64,000 nt of DNA. Origin: an uncultured Nitrososphaerota archaeon. GTDB lineage: Archaea; Asgardarchaeota; Njordarchaeia; Njordarchaeales; Njordarchaeaceae. This document shows positions 48,631 through 58,294 of the stretch, piece by piece. Numbering within the stretch: the first letter of the stretch is position 1; each line of letters starts with the position of its first letter. The position numbers and the translations under genes were made by a program. The notes below the pieces were generated by a model. It saw only the letters and a program-made list of their open reading frames with translations. It made no database searches and was not told the DNA's origin. The stretch spans positions 39,415-103,414 of the forward strand of contig CAZFGR010000005.1 in NCBI GenBank assembly GCA_964518475.1, written 5' to 3'.

Positions 48631-50397
48631 CTATTCAGCTTTTGAATCTCTAAGCAAATCAGCAAGAACCAGTATCAATTCCTCTATGGTGAGAACTGTT
48701 GGTACTCCGAAATCGCGAAGCTTATTGCCTATTCTTGTGATGTATGGCGGTTCTATATGTGTTTCGGCTAAGATATCTTCTCTAGAGAAAACTACTCTAG
48801 TCGGGCCATCAAAAAGAACCCGTCCCTGTTTAAGAACGATAACTCTTTTTGCGTATCGAGCTATTAAGTCCATATCATGGGAAACAACAATAATAGTTGT
48901 TCCTCTCCGGTTAAGTTCCTCTAATAGTTCCAAATATTTTTTCCTGGAGCCAAAGTCTTGTCCCGTCGTTGGTTCATCTGCAATCAATATTTTTGGTCTC
49001 ATCGCTAATATGGAGGCTACAGCTACTCTATGTCTTTGCCCTCTACTAAGAGCTCTGGGATGTCTCTTCTCGTAACCCTTTAAACGCATCATCTCCAGAG
49101 ATTCCTCTACTCTCTTCTTTATTTCCTCCCTTGGTAATTTGAGGTTTTTAGGACCAAAGGCTATTTCGTCCCATACAGTATTTTGGAACAGCATTAAATC
49201 AGGATTTTGGAATATTAAACCCACCTTCTGAGAAAGCTCCGCCACGGATAACTTTCTAACATCCTCGCCAAATACCTTAACTACCCCATAACTAGGTCTT
49301 AAAAGGCCAAGCAAATGAAGCAAAAGAGTTGTTTTTCCAGCACCATTCTGGCCTATGATCCCTACAAATTCGCCCTCATGAATTGTGAGATTTATTCCCT
49401 TGAGTGCTATTGTACCATCAGGGTATTGGTGCCAAAGATTAATAACTTCTACCACGGGTTTCCTTTTCCTTAAGCTTTCGTAGTATTCAATGTCTTTAGC
49501 AAAGAATTTCTCGTTCGCATTAACTCTTTTTCCACGCTTGCTTAAATATTTTCGAAGAATTTCCGCGGCCTCTTCGGGAGTTATTGGGATCTTTTCATCA
49601 CTACTAATTAGTTTTTCCCTTTGTAATCGAACAATTGTTTCAGCGGCCCATGGCGGTCTTATACCTATTTCATAAAGAAGGTCTGGATTGCCAAATACTT
49701 CTCTAGGAGGACCATCCGCTATGATCTCACCATTATTCATTACCAAAACTCTATCCACATACTTAGAGACTTCCTCCAACCTGTGCTCTATAAGTATGAT
49801 AAGAGCATTTGTTTCTTTGCGCAGTCTGGCAATAGTTTTAAGCACCTCCGCAGCACCTCTTGGGTCAAGATTTGTAGTTGGTTCGTCTAGGATGAGAATA
49901 TCCGGCATCATGGCCATAGCTGACGCTATAGCTACTCTCTGCTTCTGACCCCCCGAGAGACTCATAAGATCCTTTTCCAACAAATCCTCGATTCCCGTAG
50001 CTTTTACCGCGAATTCTAGTCTTTTAGCTATTTCTTCTCGCGGTAATCTAAGATTCTCTGGCCCGAAAACCACTTCATCAAGCACAGACAGTGTAAAGAA
50101 TTGAGTCTCAGGATCCTGGAACACAGTAGCTACGTGAGTAGATATCTCTGCTAATGAGAGATCTTTCACCTCTTTTCCAAGAATTCTCACATGACCTTTT
50201 CTTAAGCCTTGAATTACGTGAGGAATTATCCCATTTATCGTGTTTATTAAAGTTGTTTTACCACAACCACTTGGCCCGATAAGTAAGACGAATTCGCCCC
50301 TACGAAACTCCAGATTGATGTTTTTCAGGACGTACTCCTTAGATCCATGATACCTAAAGGATAAATCCTCAATTTCTAAGACTACTTCATCCCTCAT
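48631..50397 (-). CDS. ECF dual-domain ATPase (EcfA-A' fusion, YkoD-like)
   Basis: Two NBDs: GPSGCGKT/LSGGQ/LDEPT and GQNGAGKT/LSRGQ/ADEPT. Confidence 0.93.
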   Translation of the reverse strand: MRDEVVLEIEDLSFRYHGSKEYVLKNINLEFRRGEFVLLIGPSGCGKTTLINTINGIIPHVIQGLRKGHVRILGKEVKDLSLAEISTHVATVFQDPETQFFTLSVLDEVVFGPENLRLPREEIAKRLEFAVKATGIEDLLEKDLMSLSGGQKQRVAIASAMAMMPDILILDEPTTNLDPRGAAEVLKTIARLRKETNALIILIEHRLEEVSKYVDRVLVMNNGEIIADGPPREVFGNPDLLYEIGIRPPWAAETIVRLQREKLISSDEKIPITPEEAAEILRKYLSKRGKRVNANEKFFAKDIEYYESLRKRKPVVEVINLWHQYPDGTIALKGINLTIHEGEFVGIIGQNGAGKTTLLLHLLGLLRPSYGVVKVFGEDVRKLSVAELSQKVGLIFQNPDLMLFQNTVWDEIAFGPKNLKLPREEIKKRVEESLEMMRLKGYEKRHPRALSRGQRHRVAVASILAMRPKILIADEPTTGQDFGSRKKYLELLEELNRRGTTIIVVSHDMDLIARYAKRVIVLKQGRVLFDGPTRVVFSREDILAETHIEPPYITRIGNKLRDFGVPTVLTIEELILVLADLLRDSKAE

Positions 50398-50891
50398 GAT
50401 ATCTCAGCTCATACGATGGTTTGATAATACACAGAATGGCTATGCAAAGACAGCTACTAACATATCCTCAATATATTAATATTTAATACTTGCATAACAA
50501 GTAGAGAATGAATTGGTAGATTTGATTCTAAGATACCCCTGAGGTGTGCTTAAAGTCTCAGGATGTAAATAACTGCTGCTTATATAGTAGCCGTAGACAG
50601 AGTTTTTCAAGCTATGAAGCTGCGCGGACAGTTATGAATGAAAGTAAAGGGGTATCCGTTTATCCTTCTCTTATTTGCACTAAGTTACCTCGACATTGTT
50701 TCTATCAGAAGAGCGCTACCAGTAAGAGTCTTGAGAATTTATAAGCCTTAAACAAACTGAGCAAAAATTACTCAAACTCGAACTCACTTACCTCCGTTAA
50801 AATCGATGCGGTACAAAACTTTTTAGTAATACAATAGTACTATCTTATAACGAACTCAACTAAAAACAGTTTATTATTTCAGGGTTCTAAG

Positions 50892-51464
50892 ATGAGCGTT
50901 CTTATTCTAGCTGGTGATATGGCCGAAGCATTAGAAATTTTCTATCCCTACTTTAGATTACGCGAAGAAGGATTTACAGTCCATGTCGCTGCACCTACCA
51001 AGAAACCAATACAGACAGTAGTTCATGATAGAGAACCAGGCTATGAGACATACACCGAGAAACCAGGCTATCGATTTATCTGGGTTGACAAGGCCTTCTC
51101 CGAGGTAAATCCCGAGGAGTACGATGGCTTAATAATCCCAGGTGGTAGAGCCCCTGAATACATAAGAAACTATCCAGAAATAAGAAAAATTCTTGAACAC
51201 TTCTTTAACACGAATAAACCCGTTGGCGCTCTCTGTCACGGCTTACTCGTATTAAACGCCTACGGCTTCTTAAAGGGAAGGAAAGTAACATCAACAATTG
51301 GTGCCAAAATGGATCTCATCGTGGGAGGAGCAGAATGGGTAGATGCTGAAGTAGTTATAGACGGAAATCTCGTCACCAGCAGAACCTGGCGCGACCTACA
51401 CGCTTTCATGAGAGAATTCATTAAAAAACTTAAAGAATGGTTAAAAGCAAAAACAAGAACTTAA
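50892..51464 (+). CDS. DJ-1/PfpI family protein
   Basis: EALE, IIPGGRAPEY, LCHG nucleophile and DGNLVTSR motifs. Confidence 0.92.
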   Translation: MSVLILAGDMAEALEIFYPYFRLREEGFTVHVAAPTKKPIQTVVHDREPGYETYTEKPGYRFIWVDKAFSEVNPEEYDGLIIPGGRAPEYIRNYPEIRKILEHFFNTNKPVGALCHGLLVLNAYGFLKGRKVTSTIGAKMDLIVGGAEWVDAEVVIDGNLVTSRTWRDLHAFMREFIKKLKEWLKAKTRT

Positions 51465-51525
51465 TCATATTGCAATGGATTCTCATTACTCTTTTCTAAT
51501 TTTTAAAGGCTATTCAGTTAGTTAA

Positions 51526-52089
51526 TCATCTTTTCCTTACTAGCAATACTGTCTCTCCAATTACTAAGACTAAGAGAGCATATAGTAATGCTCTCTCTAA
51601 TGAAAATTTCTCTAGGACGTGAATTTGAATACATAGGGAGAAGCATACATCGAGCGGGGCTATCAGGACGAGCCATGTGAGAACTAAAGATACGTTAAGT
51701 AGCAGGGCCCCAGTATAATCTACAGGAAAGTATAAGTGGAAACTATAGTTATAGGCTATGAAATCCCCGTTTGAGAAATTATAAAGAAATGTATAATTAA
51801 ACTTGTAGACCTTGGATCCGTAATCGTGGCTAAGAACAATCTCCCGCAAACAAACTGGCATAACAAAGTTCTCATTAATATAGCTCTCATTGATATATAC
51901 GGCCCGCAAAGAGACCCAGACGCTCCCATTATAAGGCTCGGTAACCCTGACGGAGTATTCATAAGTCACGGGACCCGTATCAATAAGCATACTCGCGCTA
52001 CTCGAAGAAGTTACGGGGACGATACTACTCATTATTGTTAGAATGATAAGGAAAGAAATAAATTGAAACCTGCGCACAAACCCCACCAA
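51526..52089 (-). CDS. Hypothetical secreted protein with C-terminal membrane anchor
   Basis: Signal peptide, many N-x-S/T sequons, C-terminal TM followed by RKR. Confidence 0.6.
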   Translation of the reverse strand: MVGFVRRFQFISFLIILTIMSSIVPVTSSSSASMLIDTGPVTYEYSVRVTEPYNGSVWVSLRAVYINESYINENFVMPVCLREIVLSHDYGSKVYKFNYTFLYNFSNGDFIAYNYSFHLYFPVDYTGALLLNVSLVLTWLVLIAPLDVCFSLCIQIHVLEKFSLERALLYALLVLVIGETVLLVRKR

Positions 52090-52881
52090 GATTTCAATAA
52101 AAAATTCTTAATATAAATTGTTAAATGTTGGCTTTACTCACGTACATTGTAGTCAAATCACGCGATTTGTCAACTATTTTTTCATCATTGATTCTTAATT
52201 TGAAATAGACAAGAGGTAGTAATGTTATGTAAATCGATTTATCTCTACATCTTCGCTAGATTCAATATGAAGCATTTTTCTTATTAGCTTGTATAGGTTC
52301 CATAATTGTTGCTCAGTCTCGACATCGATTCTCTCAATCTATTATTGTGTCGAAATTTATGCAATTTTAAAGCAATAAAAATATTCTAGTCAGAATCCTC
52401 AACCCTCTTTGAAATCAAGCACAACAAAACCGTCAAAAACACTAGAAAATTTTCCTAGAGCGATTATAAAGAGAATCGATAACTAATATATGGTAGGTCC
52501 ATCGCAAAGATGGGCCAATAGGAATTCTTGAGTGAAAAGGAAATGAGAGCAAAGAAAAAGAAAAAAAGAAAGGTGAAAAGGGCGAACTGGAATAAAAATA
52601 GAAATCACGAATTAGCCTAATTCTACTTCTCTTTTTCCTTTTTTTCTTTCTTTTTCCTTGGAATCATAGCACTACTGGCTTAAACAATGAATGTGATCAA
52701 AAAGATATGGTTCAGATCTTCTAAAAAAATTTTCTCTCTAAATGTGTAGCATCTTGTGGAGTGCTTAAGGCCTTTTCAAGCTCTCTCATGACCTTAGAGT
52801 AGAACAGCGTGGTATCGAAACTTTTTCATACCAAATATAGAACTGACTGGACGAGCTACCGGTACGCTGAATAGATATATT

Positions 52882-53439
52882 TTAATGCTTTAGGCCTAAA
52901 AGATGCGCAAACTCACTTGGGGTCAGGACGGGGACTCCCGTCACCCTAAATACTATTTGTCTCTTATTTATGAAATCTCTATCTCCCGTAATAAAGTAAT
53001 CTATTTTTGAAACCTTATTTTCCAGTGCTACTATGGCTAAATGAAGATTATCAAGAGTTCTCAACCCTGTCTCGCCCGCCATGTTTATTGCTTTCAGAAA
53101 TTCTAGTGGGAATAGTATATTCTCGCTATTTATTCTGAAGTTTAATAGTTCCTTGGCTCCTAAAATATTTAGATTGAATTTCCTGACAATATATTTCAGG
53201 AGAATTACTGCTCTACTTTTCAGAGGTAATTGCGAAAAAATTTCTCTAATTTTTGGAGTGAATTCGATCTGACTATTTCTGTAAAGGCGAAAAATAACTG
53301 ATAAGAACTCTGTTAATGTTAAGAATGAGACGATTTTATCTATATCTGTTTTCTCCAATATTGTCCGAGAATCAGAATAATATGGGTCTCCTGGTTTGAA
53401 ATAGGCAACCAGAATATTTGTGTCGAGATATACTCGCAT
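52882..53439 (-). CDS. PIN-domain toxin (VapC-like)
   Basis: VYLDTNILV, LRTLDNLHLA and FITGDRDF motifs. Confidence 0.9.
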   Translation of the reverse strand: MRVYLDTNILVAYFKPGDPYYSDSRTILEKTDIDKIVSFLTLTEFLSVIFRLYRNSQIEFTPKIREIFSQLPLKSRAVILLKYIVRKFNLNILGAKELLNFRINSENILFPLEFLKAINMAGETGLRTLDNLHLAIVALENKVSKIDYFITGDRDFINKRQIVFRVTGVPVLTPSEFAHLLGLKH

Positions 53440-53702
53440 TAGATCCGCTCCCTATCCTCTCTTACTAACTCCTCGGCTGTCTTCTCAGATTTTATAATAA
53501 AAATGTCCTCACTTATCTTAAGAAGATCCTCAACGATCCTATCAGTTTCCTTTGCAACGAATAAATCATCAAGCAAATCTTGCAAACTCTTCTTTATCAT
53601 GTAACGTATTGCTTCATTTCTGCTTTTAAACCGACCAATCTTTACTAAGTAATCAATAAGCATAATTTCTTCCTTAGATAGCCTAACGGGAACCACACTC
53701 AA
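53439..53702 (-). CDS. Ribbon-helix-helix antitoxin (VapB-like)
   Basis: VVPVRLSKEE...GRFKSRNEAIR; TTG start at 53702 after GGAGGTG; overlaps the toxin gene by 1 bp. Confidence 0.85.
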   Translation of the reverse strand: MSVVPVRLSKEEIMLIDYLVKIGRFKSRNEAIRYMIKKSLQDLLDDLFVAKETDRIVEDLLKISEDIFIIKSEKTAEELVREDRERI

Positions 53703-53803
53703 AAATGACACCTCCCTGCTTTTGAGTTTATAAATTTTCATATAAGTATATAAAAATGTATACTTTTGGATCATTGTTGGATTTGAGGGGTGTTAAGAAA
53801 CTC

Positions 53804-54769
53804 TTACAGAAGAGAGTTTATGAATGCTATCACATACTCATCTTTTACTCTTGCATAGTACTTCTCGGTTGTGGAGGTGTATGCGTGGCCTAGTTGCCTG
53901 CTTACGTATTCTAGGGGGACTCCCGCAGCTAATGCTTTTGCGCCCCAGTTGCTTCTAAAGTTATGGAAGTGCACCTCTATTCCCAATTTCTTGCTTAAGC
54001 GATAAAGGGTTTGTTGAACGTTTTTTCTGACGCGTTTTCTTCGCACTTCATCACCAAATATGTATCCCTTCCTCACCTTCTTTACTCTTTCTAATAGTTT
54101 TTTTCTTGCTTCTTCGTTAAGTTTGGGAATAACACTACTAATTTCCTTACCCTCTATTGTTTTCGAGGGCACACCAACAATGGAGACTCTCTCTTTTAGA
54201 CCTTTCCCACTCCTGATTATTATGTAGACACCAGAATTCTTCACTACAACATCCTCGGCCTTGAGACTTAATACTTCTTGGAGACGTGCTCCAGTGGCGA
54301 AGGCGATTAGGCATGCTAGGTAAACATCTTTATTACCTTTTCTCAGATGGTTAAATATCATTTCGAGTTCCTTATCCGTAAATTCTCTGGGTACCTTCTC
54401 AGACTTTGTCCTAGGGGTTATCTTCTTCTTAGTAGCAGTAGGTAAGTCCTTGAAAGGGTTATAATAGCCAAGGCTCTCGAGAAAATCATAAAACGATTTC
54501 ACAAGACTAAGCAATTGTCGAATAGTTTTTGATGCTAAAGGGCGGCCATGACGACCCTTCTGAAGACTTAACCAAGTTCGGAACCTGATAATATCTGCAG
54601 GTTTCAGGCTATCAAATCTAAGATTATTCTCCGCAAGAAATCTCTTTAACCAGACTAAATAATACTTTACATTATCCCTAGCGACCTGCGTACTATAATT
54701 TATGGTCACAAAATCATTAATCAAAGCATCCAATTCATCCATCATTTTATCCAGGTACGCTTGAACCAT
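53804..54769 (-). CDS. Tyrosine recombinase/integrase
   Basis: Complete catalytic set: TGAR, GKG, HNFR, LGH, TTEKYY. Confidence 0.93.
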   Translation of the reverse strand: MVQAYLDKMMDELDALINDFVTINYSTQVARDNVKYYLVWLKRFLAENNLRFDSLKPADIIRFRTWLSLQKGRHGRPLASKTIRQLLSLVKSFYDFLESLGYYNPFKDLPTATKKKITPRTKSEKVPREFTDKELEMIFNHLRKGNKDVYLACLIAFATGARLQEVLSLKAEDVVVKNSGVYIIIRSGKGLKERVSIVGVPSKTIEGKEISSVIPKLNEEARKKLLERVKKVRKGYIFGDEVRRKRVRKNVQQTLYRLSKKLGIEVHFHNFRSNWGAKALAAGVPLEYVSRQLGHAYTSTTEKYYARVKDEYVIAFINSLL

Positions 54770-55404
54770 TGTTGCTTCCTCGAATAAGATTTTTCACGGG
54801 GAATTTTCGAGAACAAAGATTAGTTGCTTGCCGAAACGACTAACAAATACTCTTCCATATTAAACTCAAAAACATTATTCTTCAATTATAAAAGATTCCT
54901 TATTAGGCTAGGGATATCTCCCAGAAACAGATATTGCTTTAAAAAATACTTATCCTAAAGTGGTGAAGAGAAATCTGTATATCAACAATATTTAGAGCTA
55001 TGTGCCGAAATATAGCAATTCTTCAAATATTCTTAATAACACATTAAGTAGTTTTCTGAGGCGTGGAGGAGATATATGAATCAATATTTTACAATGTCGA
55101 TTTATGTACTTAGTTCAAGAGACATGTACCAGTTCATTCGAGATGAAGAAATACATCATAAGGTATAGAATAATTGCCATGCGGTTTTTTATCACATCTA
55201 TGTAAAAATTGGATGCTGTTTTTCATTCACTTATATAAGAAGACTAAAATCCGATTCCATCGTAAATATTAATTTACTGCTCCCTATATGAATTATCATC
55301 ACTAATGAGCTGGGATAAGATATGTTGAAGACTTCTAGGATAAAGGTGAATAAGTACTTTTCATTGGCACAATTATTGCCTTCTGGGACATTATATCATT
55401 CATA

Positions 55405-55791
55405 TTGGTTCTTCCTCCGTGGAAGTATCTCCCAGCTGATCCTGGTTGGGTTCTGCTTCCATTAATTGTCCTCGTTCTGGCATTGATGGTTGCAACTACT
55501 GAAAAAAGATTAAACAAGGAAATAGATTATGGCTCTATGAACGTGTTTAAGAAACTATTCGTGAAGTATATTATCATTAGATTTTTAAGAAGGATTAATG
55601 GTTTGAGGTTCTGGGGCTTATTCATAGCTTTTGCAGATCTTTTTTACATTATTGTTTTCCAAGATTATTATGCGAGGGTCTACGGGTCATCCTTACCACC
55701 GCCTTTAGACTTATTGATCCCATTGATCATATTAATCTTAGCTCTAATGATAGCATCTGTAGAGAAAGAGAAATCAAAGTCCAAAGTATGA
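55405..55791 (+). CDS. Small membrane protein with internal duplication (5' end probably frameshifted)
   Basis: Repeats LLPLIVLVLALMVATTEK and LIPLIILILALMIASVEK. Confidence 0.55.
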   Translation: MVLPPWKYLPADPGWVLLPLIVLVLALMVATTEKRLNKEIDYGSMNVFKKLFVKYIIIRFLRRINGLRFWGLFIAFADLFYIIVFQDYYARVYGSSLPPPLDLLIPLIILILALMIASVEKEKSKSKV

Positions 55792-56115
55792 AAATATTTA
55801 ACACTAGACAGCGAAAGGGTTTGGTGCACATTAAAACGTCAGGGGGATTATTATGCATGTAAGAAGATATTTTTGTTAAGAGCATATTGGGAATGATAGT
55901 TATGGGAATTATGGTTCCCAGAAAGAAAGTTGATACTATTAAGTCTCTACAATGCTTAGTTATTAATTTATGGGCGTAGAAAAAGTTATTTCTGCAAATA
56001 AAGTAGATCATGCTGACGTAATTAGCTTAGATGTTAGCGACATTATAAAGATAGCTAAGGATCTTGAACAATCTAGGAGTATAACTTGTTATATTCTCTA
56101 AAAACATGTTATAGG

Positions 56116-56916
56116 TCATAATATTTTTTTATATCTAAGGATAGCTAATGTGTAGAAGAGCGCTTCCTCTGTTCTAATAGTCTTCACTGTTTGTTTTGGA
56201 ACTGTGTTTACGAAGTAGTCGAAATATTTCATGTATTTTTCCTCTCTTAAGATTTCTCTCAAGCCTCGGAAGGGTGAACCAAATATTATTGCTATTTTTT
56301 CACGCTGTGGAATCTTTACTTCTCTTATGTCTTCCCCGTATCGTGAAGTTCCTATTATTAGGAAGTTTCTTTTACGCAATTTTTTGAGAAAATCTACTAG
56401 TTCTCTATTGAAATAGAATACGTCATAGCCAAAATACAAGGGGAGGCGTCTTTTATCAATAACTATTTTTTGCTTAGTATCTATTACTACGATTCTTTCT
56501 CCTTCCTTATATGCTTTCGTCTTCTTAACAACGTATTCCCGTGAACTGTCAGTTACAACTAATTCATTTTTGAGAATTCTTTTCACGTAGGCGTATCGGT
56601 AAGGCACTTTATATTCCTTATCTAGGTGATGGGGAGTTTTGAGAGGCTCGGTCACGCCTATATACTTTAGAGAGTCATCTACTCCAAAAGCAGTTTTTCG
56701 GAGATACGGGGGTGTATTTAAGTATTTCAGTACCTTAACAATGAATCTTCCTAATCCATGGGAATCAAACATTGGATCTGGATCATAGTAAATTCCGATA
56801 TCAGTAATACCGAAGGTCGCGCATGCCCTGGCAATGAGCCCTATCTTGTAAGTCCTTAAGAGTAAATTTTTCTCATCGGCTGTGTAAGTTGATGGTATAG
56901 CTACCAGCTTGATCAT
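56116..56916 (-). CDS. SPOUT-family RNA methyltransferase (DUF171/COG2106 type)
   Basis: KIGLIARACATFG, YLNTPPYLRK, GTSRYG, FGSPFRGL and TIRTEEA motifs. Confidence 0.9.
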   Translation of the reverse strand: MIKLVAIPSTYTADEKNLLLRTYKIGLIARACATFGITDIGIYYDPDPMFDSHGLGRFIVKVLKYLNTPPYLRKTAFGVDDSLKYIGVTEPLKTPHHLDKEYKVPYRYAYVKRILKNELVVTDSSREYVVKKTKAYKEGERIVVIDTKQKIVIDKRRLPLYFGYDVFYFNRELVDFLKKLRKRNFLIIGTSRYGEDIREVKIPQREKIAIIFGSPFRGLREILREEKYMKYFDYFVNTVPKQTVKTIRTEEALFYTLAILRYKKIL

Positions 56917-57985
56917 AAATAATAACTGTGGGGAATAAGCTGTTTATAAAATTGCTATGAGTCCTCAGCAAGTATCTTCCGGTATCCCGTTAATGCTTCC
57001 TTCTAGTTTTTTCCAGATCTCATAGAGAATTTTTGGGGAAATTTTAGAGAAGTGTGTGGTTAGGATAAAAATTATTCTTGTCACTAATACTGACCTAACA
57101 TCGTCAGTAACGCTTTTGTCTTTAGAATTCTTCAACCACTCCGAGTACTTTCTCTTGATGAATTGTTCGACATGCATACCAAACATCTCTGATTAGATTG
57201 CTTCCCCAGAGTCTATTCTCAAAAGCCTATTAAGTCTATAAATGGGGAGATCTGCCGTCAAATCAATATATAAATATAACACACTATACATAAATAGTCA
57301 TAATTCAACTCCCCTGCACTAGAGTGTAGGAAATCTCGAAATTCCCGCAAGAAAGATGTGCTTGCATCTTAGCGTCGCAGCTCATGTTTCTCCTACTTTG
57401 TTGTTTTTATCTTTCGTTCCACTACCTAACCCCCACCCTACTCAAGGCAGCATTTACCCCCAAGTTTTATCGGGGGTATTATCCGCAGCATTTTGTAATA
57501 TGATTTTTAGGTGAGATTGGGGAGTGATAAAAAGCGGAATTGATAGCAATTTTCCCAACTTTTCTAAGAACAGCGGTATTATGACGGTTCTAAAAGCTTT
57601 TCCATCGGATTTACAATCCTCTCTCGTTGCGCATAATTGCTCAATTAGTTGGTTGTGAACTATGGTATAAGAGGCACGGATTTATTTGCCTAGATCTTCT
57701 TTTTATGAGAGCTTTTTAATAGGTGGAACATTTTTTGTAAATTTTATAGATTTGGGAATTGGAAACCAATCTATGTTTAATATAGTGTGTATATTTGATT
57801 AATTCAATGTATTTATATGATTAGGTTGGGCATATATAGAATTGACATTTGCCTTCATTCAGCCGCTTTTTGTATATATATTATCCCATAATATAAACAA
57901 AGTATATTTAATAGAGGTTGAGTTCTGGGGTTTTACGATATTATTGAGTGTGTGTGCTTTGAAGGTCGAGTACTCGGTGAGAATA

Positions 57986-58294
57986 GTGTCTAAAACAATC
58001 AGTAAAGAAAAACAGTTAATCAGACAAATGGAGAGACTCGGAGTCAAGATTAGACGTGGGATTGTTTATATAGTCAAGGATAGATGCAAAGGATGTGGAG
58101 CTTGCATCGAGTTCTGTCCGATGAAAGTTCTTAAGCATTCTGATGATTTTAATAAGCAGGGTTATCACTACCCGGTTCTTGTTGAAGACCCTCCGCTTAA
58201 GGTGTGCATAGCTTGTGGCTTCTGTACGCTTATCTGTCCCGAATTTGCTATTTACTCTAAACCTATGGAAGAGTCTGAGGAGGAATCTGAATGA
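57986..58294 (+). CDS. korD: 2-oxoacid:ferredoxin oxidoreductase delta subunit (2x 4Fe-4S)
   Basis: CKGCGACIEFCP and CIACGFCTLICP; GTG start at 57986 after GGTGA. Confidence 0.88.
   Translation: MSKTISKEKQLIRQMERLGVKIRRGIVYIVKDRCKGCGACIEFCPMKVLKHSDDFNKQGYHYPVLVEDPPLKVCIACGFCTLICPEFAIYSKPMEESEEESE

Noticed and set aside
50398-50891. Riboswitch upstream of the ECF ATPase (GCTGAGA near the start) and a 66-aa ORF
   Set aside because: The remaining TPP-riboswitch elements are absent, and the ORF has no protein-like features
52543-52620. 25-aa MRAK... peptide resembling ribosomal eL41/eS32
   Set aside because: Lacks the early Trp and the Arg-rich pattern, and is easily produced by an A-rich tract; not called as a gene
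53804-54769. Integron integrase
   Set aside because: No IntI-specific insertion near the HxxR motif and no attC-like cassette array seen
56965-57291. 73-aa minus-strand ORF extendable upstream through one in-frame TAA
   Set aside because: No recognisable motif; a pseudogene cannot be distinguished from noise
54797-57347. Imperfect inverted repeat (CGGGGAATTTTCGAGA at 54797 versus TCTCGAAATTCCCG at 57334) as invertible-segment ends
   Set aside because: Short, needs indels and encloses a housekeeping methylase; consistent with chance
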